Origin: Macrostomum lignano
Lineage: Eukaryota
Length of the DNA stretch: 64,000 nt
NCBI GenBank assembly: GCA_002269645.1
Contig: NIVC01000868.1
Coordinates: 124,001-188,000, forward strand
Reading direction: 5' to 3'
Shown here piece after piece: positions 48,464-62,184 of the stretch. Position numbers and translations under genes: made by a program. The first letter of the stretch is position 1, and each line of letters opens with the position of its first letter. A model generated the notes under the pieces. It searched no databases and was not told where the DNA came from. It saw only the letters and a program-made list of their open reading frames with translations.

Positions 48464-51400
48464 TGTGGCAGGGAGTGGCAGTGTGGCAGGGAGTGGCAGT
48501 GTGGCAGAGAGTGGCAGTGTGGCGGGGAGTGGCAGTGTGGCGGGGAGTGGCAGTGTGGCAGGGAGTGGCAGTGTGGCAGGGAGTGGCAGTGTGGCAGGGA
48601 GTGGCAGTGTGGCAGGGAGTGGCAGTGTGGCAGGGAGTTGCGGTGTGGCAGGGAGTGGCAGGGAGTGGCAGTGTGGTATGGAGTGGCAGTGGGGCAGAGA
48701 GTGGCAGCAGTGTGATATGGAGTGGCAGTGTGGCAGAGAGTGGCAGTGTGGCAGGGAGTGGCAGTGTGGCAGGGAGTGGCAGTGTGGCAGGGAGTCGCAG
48801 TGTGGCGGGGAGTGGCAGTGTGGCAGGGAGTGGCAGTGTGGCAGGGAGTGGCAGTGTGGCAGGGAGTGGCAGTGTGGCAGGGAGTGGCAGTGTGGCAGGG
48901 AGTGGCAGTGTGGCACGGAGTGGCAGTGTGGCAGGGAGTGGCAGTGTGGCACGGAGTGGCAGTGTGGCAGTGTGGCAGTGTGGCAGGGTGGCAGTGTGGC
49001 AGGGAGTGGCAGTGTGGCGGGGAGTGGCAGTGTGGCAGGGAGTGGCAGTGTGGCAGGGAGTGGCAGTGTGGCGGGGAGTGGCAGTGTGGCAGGGAGTGGC
49101 AGTGTGGCGGGGAGTGGCAGTGTGGCAGGGAGTGGCAGTGTGGCGGGGAGTGGCAATGTGGCAGTGTGGCAGTGTGGCAGGGTGGCAGTGTGACAGAGTG
49201 GCAGTGTGGCAGGGAGTGGCAGTGTGGCGGGGAGTGGCAGTGTGGCGGGGAGTGGCAGTGTGGCAGGGAGTGGCAGTGTGGCAGGGAGTGGCAGTGTGGC
49301 AGGGAGTGGCAGTGTGGCAGGGAGTGGCAGTGTGGCAGGGAGTTGCGGTGTGGCAGGGAGTGGCAGGGAGTGGCAGTGTGGTATGGAGTGGCAGTGGGGC
49401 AGAGAGTGGCAGCAGTGTGATATGGAGTGGCAGTGTGGCAGAGAGTGGCAGTGTGGCAGGGAGTGGCAGTGTGGCAGGGAGTGGCAGTGTGGCAGGGAGT
49501 CGCAGTGTGGCGGGGAGTGGCAGTGTGGCAGGGAGTGGCAGTGTGGCAGGGAGTGGCAGTGTGGCAGGGAGTGGCAGTGTGGCAGGGAGTGGCAGTGTGG
49601 CAGGGAGTGGCAGTGTGGCACGGAGTGGCAGTGTGGCAGGAGTGGCAGTGTGGCAGGGAGTGGCAGTGTGGCAGTGTGGCAGTGTGGCAGGGTGGCAGTG
49701 TGGCAGGGAGTGGCAGTGTGGCGGGGAGTGGCAGTGTGGCAGGGAGTGGCAGTGTGGCAGGGAGTGGCAGTGTGGCGGGGAGTGGCAGTGTGGCAGGGAG
49801 TGGCAGTGTGGCGGGGAGTGGCAGTGTGGCGGGGAGTGGCAGTGTGGCGGGGAGTGGCAATGTGGCAGTGTGGCAGTGTGGCAGGGTGGCAGTGTGACAG
49901 AGTGGCAGTGTGGCAGGGAGTGGCAGTGTGGCAGGGAGTGGCAGTGTGGCAGGGAGTGGCAGTGTGGCAGGGAGTGGCAGTGTGGCAGGGAGTGGCAGTG
50001 TGGCAGGGAGTGGCAGTGTGACACGGAGTGGCAGTGTGGCAGGGAGTGGCAGTGTGGCAGTGTGGCAGGGAGTGGCAGTGTGGTATGGAGTGGCAGTGTG
50101 GCAGAGAGTGGCAGCAGTGTGGTATGGAGTGGCAGTGTGGCAGGGAGTGGCAGTGTGGCACGGAGTGGCAGTGTGGCAGGGAGTGGTAGTGTGGCAGGGA
50201 GTGGCAGTGTGGCAGGGAGTGGCAGTGTGGCGGGGAGTGGCAGTGTGGCAGGGTGGCAGTGTGGCAGGGAGTGGCAGTGTGGCAGAGAGTGGCAGTGTAG
50301 CAGGGAGTGGCAGTGTGGCGGGGAGTGGCAGTGTGGCAGGGAGTGGCAGTGTGGCAGGGAGTGGCAGTGTGGCAGGGAGTTGCAGTGTGGCAGGGAGTGG
50401 CAGTGTGGCGGGGAGTGGCAGTGTGGTATGGAGTGGCAGTGGGGCAGAGAGTGGCAGCAGTGTGATATGGAGTGGCAGTGTGGCAGAGAGTGGCAGTGTG
50501 GCAGGGAGTGGCAGTGTGGCGGGGAGTGGCAGTGTGGCGGGGAGTGGCAGGGAGTGGCAGTGTGGCAGGGAGTGGCAGTGTGGCAGAGAGTGGCAGTGTG
50601 GCGGGGAGTGGCAGTGTGGCGGGGAGTGGCAGTGTGGCAGGGAGTGGCAGTGTGGCAGGGAGTGGCAGTGTGGCAGGGAGTGGCAGTGTGGCAGGGAGTG
50701 GCAGTGTGGCGGGGAGTGGCAGTGTGGCAGGGAGTGGCAGTGTGGCAGGGAGTTGCAGTGTGGCAGGGAGTGGCAGGGAGTGGCAGTGTGGTATGGAGTG
50801 GCAGTGGGGCAGAGAGTGGCAGCAGTGTGATATGGAGTGGCAGTGTGGCAGAGAGTGGCAGTGTGGCAGGGAGTGGCAGTGTGGCAGGGAGTGGCAGTGT
50901 GGCAGGGAGTGGCAGTGTGGCAGTGTGGCAGTGTGGCAGGGTGGCAGTGTGGCAGGGAGTGGCAGTGTGGCAGGGAGTGGCAGTGTGGCAGGGAGTGGCA
51001 GTGTGGCAGGGAGTGGCAGTGTGGCAGGGAGTGGCAGTGTGGCGGGGAGTGGCAGTGTGGCAGGGAGTGGCAGTGTGGCGGGGAGTGGCAGTGTGGCAGT
51101 GTGGCAGTGTGGCAGGGTGGCAGTGTGACAGAGTGGCAGTGTGGCAGGGAGTGGCAGTGTGGCAGGGAGTGGCAGTGTGGCAGGGAGTGGCAGTGTGGCA
51201 GGGAGTGGCAGTGTGGCAGGGAGTGGCAGTGTGGCAGGGAGTGGCAGTGTGGCAGGGAGTGGCAGTGTGGCAGGGAGTGGCAGTGTGGCACGGAGTGGCA
51301 GTGTGGCAGGGAGTGGCAGTGTGGCAGTGTGGCAGGGAGTGGCAGTGTGGTATGGAGTGGCAGTGTGGCAGAGAGTGGCAGCAGTGTGGTATGGAGTGGC

Positions 51401-54362
51401 AGTGTGGCAGGGAGTGGCAGTGTGGCACGGAGTGGCAGTGTGGCAGGGAGTGGTAGTGTGGCAGGGAGTGGCAGTGTGGCAGTGTGGCAGTGTGGCAGGG
51501 TGGCAGTGTGGCAGGGAGTGGCAGTGTGGTATGGAGTGGCAGTGTGGCAGGGAGTGGTAGTGTGGCAGGGAGTGGCAGTGTGGCGGGGAGTGGCAGTGTG
51601 GCAGGGTGGCAGTGTGGCAGGGAGTGGCAGTGTGGCAGAGAGTGGCAGTGTAGCAGGGAGTGGCAGTGTGGCGGGGAGTGGCAGTGTGGCAGGGAGTGGC
51701 AGTGTGGCAGGGAGTGGCAGTGTGGCAGGGAGTTGCAGTGTGGCAGGGAGTGGCAGGGAGTGGCAGTGTGGTATGGAGTGGCAGTGGGGCAGAGAGTGGC
51801 AGCAGTGTGATATGGAGTGGCAGTGTGGCAGAGAGTGGCAGTGTGGCAGGGAGTGGCAGTGTGGCAGGGAGTGGCAGTGTGGCAGGGAGTGGCAGTGTGG
51901 CAGTGTGGCAGTGTGGCAGGGTGGCAGTGTGGCAGGGAGTGGCAGTGTGGCAGGGAGTGGCAGTGTGGCAGGGAGTGGCAGTGTGGCAGGGAGTGGCAGT
52001 GTGGCAGGGAGTGGCAGTGTGGCAGGGAGTGGTAGTGTGGCAGGGAGTGGCAGTGTGGCAGTGTGGCAGTGTGGCAGGGTGGCAGTGTGACAGAGTGGCA
52101 GTGTGGCAGGGAGTGGCAGTGTGGCAGGGAGTGGCAGTGTGGCGGGGAGTGGCAGTGTGGCAGAGAGTGGCAGTGTGGCAGTGTGGCAGGGAGTGGCAGT
52201 GTGGCAGGGAGTGGCAGTGTGGCAGGGAGTGGCAGTGTGGCAGGGAGTGGCAGTGTGGCAGGGAGTGGCAGTGTGGCAGGGAGTGGCAGTGTGGCAGGGA
52301 GTGGCAGTGTGGCAGGGAGTGGCAGTGTGGCAGGGAGTGGCAGTGTGGCAGGGAGTGGCAGTGTGGCAGGGAGTGGCAGTGTGGCAGGGAGTGGCAGTGT
52401 GGCAGGGAGTGGCAGTGTGGCAGGGAGTGGCAGTGTGGCAGGGAGTGGCAGTGTGGCAGGGAGTGGCAGTGTGGCAGGGAGTGGCAGTGTGGCAGTGTGG
52501 CAGAGAGTGGCAGTGTGGCAGAGAGTGGCAGTGTGGCGGGGAGTGGCAGTGTGGCAAGGAGTGGCAGTGTGGCAGGGAGTGGCAGTGTGGCGGGAGTGGC
52601 AGGGAGTGGCAGTGTGGCAGGGAGTGGCAGTGTGGCAGGGAGTGGCAGTGTGGCAGGGAGTGGCAGTGTGGCAGGGAGTGGCAGTGTGGCAGGGAGTGGC
52701 AGTGTGGCAGGGAGTGGCAGTGTGGCACGGAGTGGCAGTGTGGCAGGGAGTGGCAGTGTGGCAGTGTGGCAGGGAGTGGCAGTGTGGTATGGAGTGGCAG
52801 TGTGGCAGAGAGTGGCAGCAGTGTGGTATGGAGTGGCAGTGTGGCAGGGAGTGGCAGTGTGGCACGGAGTGGCAGTGTGGCAGGGAGTGGTAGTGTGGCA
52901 GGGAGTGGCAGTGTGGCGGGAGTGGCAGTGTGGCGGGGAGTGGCAGTGTGGCAGGGAGTGGCAGTGTGGCGGGGAGTGGCAGTGTGGCAGGGAGTGGCAG
53001 TGTGGCAGGGAGTGGCAGTGTGGCAGGGAGTTGCGTGTGGCAGGGAGTGGCAGGGAGTGGCAGTGTGGTATGGAGTGGCAGTGGGGCAGAGAGTGGCAGC
53101 AGTGTGATATGGAGTGGCAGTGTGGCAGAGAGTGGCAGTGTGGCAGGGAGTGGCAGTGTGGCAGGGAGTGGCAGTGTGGCAGGGAGTCGCAGTGTGGCGG
53201 GGAGTGGCAGTGTGGCAGGGAGTGGCAGTGTGGCAGGGAGTGGCAGTGTGGCAGGGAGTGGCAGTGTGGCAGGGAGTGGCAGTGTGGCAGGGAGTGGCAG
53301 TGTGGCACGGAGTGGCAGTGTGGCAGGGAGTGGCAGTGTGGCACGGAGTGGCAGTGTGGCAGTGTGGCAGTGTGGCAGGGTGGCAGTGTGGCAGGGAGTG
53401 GCAGTGTGGCGGGGAGTGGCAGTGTGGCAGGGAGTGGCAGTGTGGCAGGGAGTGGCAGTGTGGCGGGGAGTGGCAGTGTGGCAGGGAGTGGCAGTGTGGC
53501 GGGAGTGGCAGTGTGGCAGGGAGTGGCAGTGTGGCGGGGAGTGGCAATGTGGCAGTGTGGCAGTGTGGCAGGGTGGCAGTGTGACAGAGTGGCAGTGTGG
53601 CAGGGAGTGGCAGTGTGGCAGGGAGTGGCAGTGTGGCAGGGAGTGGCAGTGTGGCAGGGAGTGGCAGTGTGGCAGGGAGTGGCAGTGTGGCAGGGAGTGG
53701 CAGTGTGGCACGGAGTGGCAGTGTGGCAGGGAGTGGCAGTGTGGCAGTGTGGCAGGGAGTGGCAGTGTGGTATGGAGTGGCAGTGTGGCAGAGAGTGGCA
53801 GCAGTGTGGTATGGAGTGGCAGTGTGGCAGGGAGTGGCAGTGTGGCACGGAGTGGCAGTGTGGCAGGGAGTGGTAGTGTGGCAGGGAGTGGCAGTGTGGC
53901 AGGGAGTGGCAGTGTGGCGGGGAGTGGCAGTGTGGCAGGGAGTGGCAGTGTGGCGGGGAGTGGCAGTGTGGCAGGGAGTGGCAGTGTGGCGGGGAGTGGC
54001 AGTGTGGCAGGGAGTGGCAGTGTGGCGGGGAGTGGCTGTGTGGCAAGGAGTGGCAGTGTGGCACGGAGTGGCAGTGTGACAGGGAGTGGCAGTGTGGCGG
54101 GGAGTGGCAGTGTGGCGGGGAGTGGCAGTGTGGCGGGGAGTGGCAGTGTGGCGGGAGTGGCAGTGTGACAGGGAGTGGCAGTGTGGCGGGGAGTGGCAGT
54201 GTGGCGGGGAGTGGCAGTGTGGCGGGGAGTGGCAGTGTGGCAGGGAGTGGCAGTGTGGCGGGGAGTGGCAGTGTGACAGGGAGTGGCAGTGTGGCGGGGA
54301 GTGGCAGTGTGGCGGGAGTGGCAGTGTGGCGGGGAGTGGCAGTGTGGCGGGGAGTGGCAGTG
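48464..54362. repeat. 5.9-kb 18-bp satellite
   Basis: ggcagtgtggcagggagt (8+10 subunits) with recurring variant blocks. Confidence 0.97.
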
Positions 54363-54869
54363 GGGCACTGTAACATAGGAGAGTGCTCCATGAGCAGTGC
54401 GGAGCAACTGTCAGTGAATAGGAGTTGCGCACCGACTAATTATAGCCGGTTGCTCTCAGGCTGCGCAATCGCGGAGATACGGCCGGCGAGTGAGCTCTGA
54501 GCAGATGCTGTTAGTGAGCGTTATCGCTATCTGAAGCCTGCGGATAGAAATAGGACTCACCTGTGAGGCCTGTGAGCAATGTCTGACCAGCGAGATGCGC
54601 ATTAGCTCAGCTCGGATATCGGAGCAATTTATGCTTACCTACTGATAAGAGATGGAGTTGGCGGTTTCGCACTGAATTTAGTTATTATATTATAAGTAAT
54701 CATAGTTGATGCTCATTGTTTCGTTATCTGGTATTGGGCCTCGGATATTCAGGTAGCAGTCAGCCCAAGGTGAGGCGAAGTTGACTGCAGGATAAGCAGA
54801 GATGGGGTGGACGGGATGGAAGGATAGAAGTTGACAAATTGAGGAATGTAGGATGAGATTGAATGATGG

Positions 54870-56676
54870 AAGTTGCGAAATGGCGAGACGGAGGGTGAGA
54901 TGGAATGAAGAATGTTGAGAAATGGCGGGATGGGGGTGAGATGGAAGGATGAATGTTGAGAAATGGCGGGATGGGGGTGAGATGGAATGATGAATGTTGA
55001 GAAATGGCGGGATGGAGGGTGAGATGGAATGATGAATGTTGAGAAATGGCGAGATGGAGGGTGAGATGGAAGGATGAATGTTGAGAAATGGCGGGATGGA
55101 GGGTGAGATGGAAGGATGGATGTTGAGAAATGGCGGGATGGAGGGTGAGATGGAATGATGAATGTTGAGAAATGGCGAGATGGAGGGTGAGATGGAAGGA
55201 TGGATGTTGAGAAATGGCGGGATGGAGGGTGAGATGGAATGATGAATGTTGAGAAATGGCGAGATGGAGGGTGAGATGGAAGGATGGATGTTGAGAAATG
55301 GCGGGATGGAGGGTGAGATGGATGTTGCGAAATGGTGGGATGTAGGGTGAGATGGATGTTGCGAAATGGCGGGATGTAGGGTGAGATGGATGTTGCGAAA
55401 TGGCAGGATGTAGGGTGAGATGGATGTTGCGAAATGGCGGGATGTAGGGTGAGATGGATGTTGCGAAATGGCGGGATGTAGGGTGAGATGGATGTTGCGA
55501 AATGGCGGGATGGAGGGTGAGATGGAAGGATGGAAGTTGAGAAATGGCGGGATGGAGGGTGAGATGGAAGGATGGATGTTGAGAAATGGCGGGATGGAGG
55601 GTGAGATGGAAGGATGAATGTTGAGAAATGGCGGGATGGAGGGTGAGATGGAAGGATGAATGTTGAGAAATGGCGGGATGGAGGGTGAGATGGAATGATG
55701 AATGTTGAGAAATGGCGAGATGGAGGGTGAGATGGAAGGATGGATGTTGAGAAATGGCGGAATGGAGGGTGAGATGGAATGATGAATGTTGAGAAATGGC
55801 GAGATGGAGGGTGAGATGGAAGGATGGATGTTGAGAAATGGCGGGATGGAGGGTGAGATGGAAGGATGGATGTTGAGAAATGGCGGGATGGAGGGTGAGA
55901 TGGATGTTGCGAAATGGCGGGATGGAGGGTGAGATGGAAGGATGGATGTTGAGAAATAGCGAGATGGAGGGTGAGATGGAAGTTGAGAAATGGTGGATGT
56001 AGGGTGAGATGGATGTTGCGAAATGGCGGGATGTAGGGTGAGATGGATGTTGCGAAATGGCGGGATGGAGGGTGAGATGGAAGGATGGATGTTGAGAAAT
56101 AGCGAGATGGAGGGTGAGATGGAAGTTGAGAAATGGTGGGATGTAGGGTGAGATGGATGTTGCGAAATGGCGGGATGTAGGGTGAGATGGATGTTGCGAA
56201 ATGGCGGGATGGAGGGTGAGATGGAAGGATGGATGTTGCGAAATGGCGGGATGGAGGGTGAGATGGATGTTGCGAAATGGCGGGATGGAGGGTGAGATGG
56301 AAGGATGGATGTTGAGAAATAGCGAGATGGAGGGTGAGATGGAAGTTGAGAAATGGTGGGATGTAGGGTGAGATGGATGTTGCGAAATGGCGGGATGTAG
56401 GGTGAGATGGATGTTGCGAAATGGCGGGATGTAGGGTGAGATGGATGTTGCGAAATGGCGGGATGGAGGGTGAGATGGAAGGATGGATGTTGAGAAATAG
56501 CGAGATGGAGGGTGAGATGGATGTTGCGAAATGGCGGGATGGAGGGTGAGATGGATGTTGCGAAATGGCGGGATGGAGGGTGAGATGGAAGTTGAGAAAT
56601 GGCGGGATGGAGGGTGAGATGGAAGTTGAGAAATGGCGGGATGGAGGGTGAGATGGAAGTTGAGAAATGGCGGGAT
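54870..56676. repeat. Purine-rich 29-42-bp minisatellite
   Basis: gagaaatggcgggatggagggtgagatggaaggatggatgtt and shorter variants. Confidence 0.93.
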
Positions 56677-57722
56677 GTTGTGTCAGACCGAGCGGGCACA
56701 GCACAGAATTAGTCAAGGAAGATTCTGAGCTGAGTGACGCAGTTTTGATGCAGACGCAGGGGCTGTGGCACGGAAGTGGCGAGGCCAGGCTGTCCAGCTC
56801 AGCACAGACACTTTGGACATGCAGCGGCTGCCTTGTTTTGCACTTCGCACAGGAAAGGTGAAAATCGGGCTATACAGGCTTGCTTCTCTTCACTGAGGCC
56901 CTGAGCAGTTGTGAGGCCGGAGCCTCCCAGAGACCGGGGGGCTTGGCTTGACTTTCAGTTTCTCGGTTTCCAGCCGGCCTGAGTATCGAAATGAGCTATC
57001 GAGTTCTGCACCCCAGCCCAGCCGAGTCCCAGGCCTTTGTTTGCCGCGGCCGGATTGAATTTCACTGCTAAATATATTGGGGGGTTGAGGAGACCCCGGT
57101 GAGTTCAGCTCTTCACCCACCAGCGCGCTCTGCAGCTCAGGTGGCCTGTCTAATGCATGCATTATGCGGAGAAAGAGCGAGCAGTGCGCGGGCTCAGAGA
57201 ACTGTATCGACAAGTCTTGAGCAAAGTAGAGAAATTTGGTTACTGCCAAGCACTAACAGCCTTGGGGCCGAATTCTCTGCTCTCTCTCCTGTCTGCTCAC
57301 GAGCTCCAATGCAACTTCTGTTTCGTCTCTTAGGCTATTTGGTTTGCTGTGTTTTCACTGGTTCGTTCTGGTCTCCTGAAATAGACGGCCCGTTCGAACT
57401 CTGCTCAACAGTTTGCCTTCGGTTGGAGGTTCGTCTGCTGCCGGCTGCCTGTTGATGAGACTGAGTCATCCTTCTAACCCTCCTTGAGTGTTGCATTGTG
57501 GCAGATCAGGCTGTTTATTAGACTCCAAAACTCCGAATTTCAGTTTAAAGGCGCTGCCCGGATTGATTACATAAATAAAGTTCAAACAAAACAGAGTCAC
57601 GAGGAGCGGCACTGCATCTTGGAGACAAAACCTGCTGTTTGGAGTGCCCGCAGAGCATTTATGTTTATGCATTCCTTAGCACCATCCTTCCTGTCCTACC
57701 CTCCCTCATCGTATCAGCTTAG

Positions 57723-60430
57723 GCGTCTGCACCGCTTCAGCAGAACAGCACAAAGAAATTGACGCCAGCCAGTGAGCGTTAGTCCGACCTCACTCTCCAG
57801 CAGTCTCATGGACTTCAGTCAGTTATCGCAGCTATTCATCAGTTCATTTCACTGTATCGCCCTTTGTTTATGCTGTGTGGATGCGTCCTGCCTTTCAGCC
57901 CACTTGCCGCGATTGGAAAGGCAGTTTGGGCAAGGAATGGGCCAAGGGAGGCTTTCACTGCTCCGGGCTTAGAGCTCTTCCTGCCGTTAGTGGGGGGTGG
58001 GTGAGTCGCGCGTTGAGACAACTTCACACCCCATATGCAAGACTGCAGACCCCTTGGTCCAAACCCCCCAAACTCGGCCTTTCCCCCGAGCCAATCAGCG
58101 CCCGCCGCACGCCAGACCCTCCCGGCTGAGCTCCCAGTATTTTAATTCAATGACAAACAAAGCAATAAAATCCGCTCGCGCACTTAAATCGCAGTCAAGA
58201 GACAGGCAAACAAGGCAGACTTTTCTGTGTATTTCTTAGCCTGCCTTGAAAGTTCCTCGCGTGTCTGCAGAAGTAGTCAGCGCGATGTCGTCAGCACAGG
58301 AGCAAGAAGGCAGTAAACGGCGCTCACGACTCGACGAATTCCTCGCAAACAACAGCGGCTTAGTGGCTTCCTCCCCGGCTGTCACCCACGTCCTGTGTTG
58401 CCCCGCCATGCCCTCTTGCTGCTTCATGAGCCTTCAAGAGTCCGAGCTGGTTGCCCATGTAGCCACTTGCGGTTGCGTGGGCCCCGCTGACAGCTGCAAC
58501 GTCACAGTGTACAGCTGCAGTCGCTGCCACGGAGCCTCCACTCAGCTGGACCTCATGCGGCAGCACATGAACATCTACCATGGACTCAGCGGCCAGGAGG
58601 AGGTTGGTTTCTTTGCAGTGTTTTCCTTCAGGTTGTCTTTTAGGTGTTCAGGTCCTTCATTCAGGTGTCTTTTGGGTGTTCAGATCTTTCAGTGTGTCTT
58701 TTGAGTGTTCAGGTCTTTCAGTGTGTCTTTTGGGTGTTCAGATCCTTCAGTGTGTCTTTTGGGTGTTCAGGTCCTTCAGTGTGTCTTTTGGGTGTTCAGA
58801 TCCTTCAGTGTGTCTTTTGGGTGTTCAGGTCCTTCAGTGTGTCTTTTGGGTGTTCAGGTCCCTCAGTGTGTCTTTTGGGTGTTCAGGTCCTTCAGTGTGT
58901 CTTTTGGGTGTTCAGATCTGTCAGTGTGTCTTTTGGGTGTTCAGGTCCTTCAGTGTGTCTTTTGGGTGTTCAGGTCCTTCAGTGTGTCTTTTAGGTGTTC
59001 AGGTCCTTCAGTGTGTCTTTTGGGTGTTCAGATCTTTCAGTGTGTCTTTTGGGTGTTCAGATCTTTCAGTGTGTCTTTTGGGTGTTCAGGTCCTTCAGTG
59101 TGTCTTTTGGGTGTTCAGATCTTTCAGTGTGTCTTTTGGGTGTTCAGATCTTTCAGTGTGTCTTTTGGGTGTTCAGGTCCTTCAGTGTGTCTTTTGGGTG
59201 TTCAGGTCCTTCAGTGTGTCTTTTAGGTGTTCAGATCTTTCAGTGTGTCTTTTGGGTGTTCAGATCTTTCAGTGTGTCTTTTAGGTGTTCAGATCCTCCA
59301 GTGGGTGCCGTCGCTATCCCCTGATCCTCCAGTGGGTGCCGTCGCTATCCCCTGATCCTCCAGTGGGTGCCGTCGCTATCCCCTGATCCTCCAGTGGGTG
59401 CCGTCGCTATCCCCTGATCCTCCAGTGGGTGCTGTCGCTATCCCCTGATCCTCCAGTGGGTGCTGTCGCTATCCCCTGATCCTCGAGTCTACTGTCGCAA
59501 TCTAGAACCATCAATGCGGGCCACTCGCATCCCAGTGGGAAAAGGTGCGAAAATCTTGGATCATTTCAGTCCTGTGGAGCAGTCAAACCAGGGGCTGAGT
59601 CAGAGTCTCACAGGCCGTGTGCACCTGGGTCTCCAAATTGTATCAAATTTCTCCCAAACTGCTCTGCTCGATTGCTGAACCAAAATATGCAACTCCCGCG
59701 ACCACCCGCTGACTCGGGCTGGACTGGCTCGGCGGTCACAGGCTGTGCATTCTAACATCCCCTCTGATCACCTCTCAAGTTTTGGGAAGTCTCCACTTGC
59801 GCCCAGCTTTGTCGCTCATTTGAATTCTAATTTCGAATTGCGCAACATTTCAGATTGTTGGGCAAAATAAACCTCAATTCCTTCAAGTCATTTTGCATTG
59901 CAAACACTGGTCAAATATATGGTTGGCACTGTGGGGAGCCATTGCGGCAAAATGCTGCAGGCTAAGTGGTTGCGGTCAATGTCTGTTTATACAGCCCATG
60001 CTTGTTTTCAATAGAGACGGCTGCAAAAAAATCTGCAAGCCTCCCATACAGAATCCACAGCCTCCCATACAGAATCCACAACCTCCCATACAGAACCCAC
60101 AGCCTCCCATACAGAATCCACAACCTCCCATACAGAATCCTGCACAGCCTCCCATATAGAATCCACAGCCTCCCATACAGAATCCACAGACTTCCCTGCA
60201 GAATCCTCAGCCTCCCATACAGAATCCACAGCCTCCCTACAGAATCCACAGCCTCCCCTGCAGAATCCACAGCCTCCCATATAGAATCCACAGCTTCCCC
60301 TGCAGAATCCACAGCCCGAATCCATCCGCAGGTCAGCTCCCAGTTGACGGCCTGTCAGCTCAGCTGTCGACCCGTTGATTTTGGCGGCCCGGCGCCCACC
60401 GGCTCAAGAAAGCGGAAAAGTCACGTGCCG
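57723..60430 (+). CDS. Internal exons of a C2H2-type zinc-finger protein gene (partial)
   Basis: Exon 58240-58602 (ttcttag|CCT...GAG|gttggt, phase 0-0) encodes YSCSRCHGASTQLDLMRQHMNIYH and a C-x4-C..H-x3-C finger. Phase-compatible neighbours: 57723-57771, 57973-58000, 60332-60430 (contains RKRK). Gene ends not located. Confidence 0.65.
58640..59296. repeat. 29-bp minisatellite
   Basis: ttcagtgtgtcttttgggtgttcaggtcc, about 22 copies. Confidence 0.93.
59292..59483. repeat. 31-bp minisatellite
   Basis: gatcctccagtgggtgccgtcgctatcccct, about 6 copies. Confidence 0.92.
60035..60315. repeat. 21-bp minisatellite
   Basis: cagaatccacagcctcccata, about 13 copies. Confidence 0.9.
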
Positions 60431-60477
60431 GTGAGCCAGCAGGCAGGAGTTCTCAGACAACTCTTCTCAACCTGGCC

Positions 60478-61530
60478 TCAGCTAAGCCATACTCTACTCT
60501 CACTCATCTGAGCCACAATCTACTCTCACTCAGCTAATCTCAGTCAGCTGAGCCATGATCTACTCTCAATTAGCTGAGCCACAATCTACTCTCAAATAGC
60601 TGAGCCATAATCTACTTTCACTCAGCTGAGCCATGATCTACTCTCAACTACTCTCACTCAGCTGAGCCATGATCTACTCTCAGCTACTCTCACTCAGCTG
60701 AGCCATACTCTACTCTGACTCAGCTGAGCCATGATCTAATCTCAGCTACTCTCACTCAGCTGAGCCATACTCTACTCTGACTCAGCTGAGCCATGATCTA
60801 ATCTCAGCTACTCTCACTCAGCTGAGCCATAATCTACTCTGACTCAGCTGAGCCATGATCTACTCTCAACTACTCTCACTCAGCTGAGCCATGATCTACT
60901 CTCAGCTACTCTCACTCAGCTGAGCCATAATCTACTCTGACTCAGCTGAGCCATGATCTACTCTCAACTACTCTCACTCAGCTGAGCCATGATCTACTCT
61001 GACTCAGCTGAGCCATGATCTACTCTCAACTACTCTCACTCAGCTGAGCCATGATCTACTCTCAGCTACTCTCACTCAGCTGAGCCATAATCTACTCTGA
61101 CTCAGCTGAGCCATGATCTACTCTCAACTACTCTCACTCAGCTGAGCCATAATCTACTCTGACTCAGCTGAGCCATGATCTACTCTCAACTACTCTCACT
61201 CAGCTGAGCCATGATCTACTCTCAGCTACTCTCACTCAGCTGAGCCATAATCTACTCTGACTCAGCTGAGCCATGATCTACTCTCAACTACTCTCACTCA
61301 GCTGAGCCATAATCTACTCTGACTCAGCTGAGCCATGATCTACTCTCAGCTACTCTCACTCAGCTGAACCATACTCTACTCTGACTCAGCTGAGCCATGA
61401 TCTACTCTCAGCTACTCTCACTCAGCTGAGCCATCATCTACTCTCAGCTACTCTCACTCAGCTGAACCATACTCTACTCTGACTCAGCTGAGCCATGATC
61501 TACTCTCAACTACTCTCACCCAGCTGAACC
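60478..61530. repeat. Mixed 26/36-bp minisatellite
   Basis: cagctgagccataatctactctgact interspersed with cagctgagccatgatctactctcaactactctcact. Confidence 0.92.
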
Positions 61531-62184
61531 AAAGCTCTCAATTTCGCAGCCAAGTGCCGCAGCACTCCAGCAAGTTTATCTTACAGCTTGCGAAAGCTGG
61601 GCCTCCGCCTCATCTTTCAAGCCTCAGCTGTGTGCAGCTCAGGCCGCCAAATATCTGTGCGATCTGCGGTGCTGCTCGCATCTGCGCAAAGCCACCCCAT
61701 GCAGGCCGAGTGAGGCATGAAATCTGCAGGCCTGCTTTCAGTCACGCACTGCTGCAGGGCTCAAGGCTGAACTTCGGTCTAAAACTTGTTCAGCTCTCGG
61801 TGTGCAACTCGCCCATATCTAAACTAAACTCTGCAGAGAATTATGTGCTGCTTAGCCGGGGCCGTGGCTGTGTTTATACACTGATCTATAATCCATGCAG
61901 TTTCCGCTGGAGCCAGCAGCCATGCCTGCCTTCTCTGCTCTGCCCCTCTGCTGCTGCTGCTGCTGCTGCTGCTGTCCTCAGCTCTCACCGATCACGCCAT
62001 GCCAGATAGTTGCAACTTCGCTTGCTTCTGCAGCCGTATGGCGCATGCAGAGATCGCGGAACGGCTCTTGAGCTTGCACGGCTCTGCTTCAGCAATTCTA
62101 GATATTTCTCTGGCGCAGTTTTGTGTCTTTTGATGTCAGATTTGTATCGTGCTTTCCTGTATATCTTGGGCGACTTTTCTCGGT

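Noticed and set aside
48355-54432. Three ~2000-aa minus-strand ORFs and many plus-strand ORFs
   Set aside because: They are translations of a stop-free 18-bp satellite, open in all frames, with no unique coding context
54690-56716. 655-669-aa Pro/His/Ser ORFs
   Set aside because: Products of the purine-rich minisatellite
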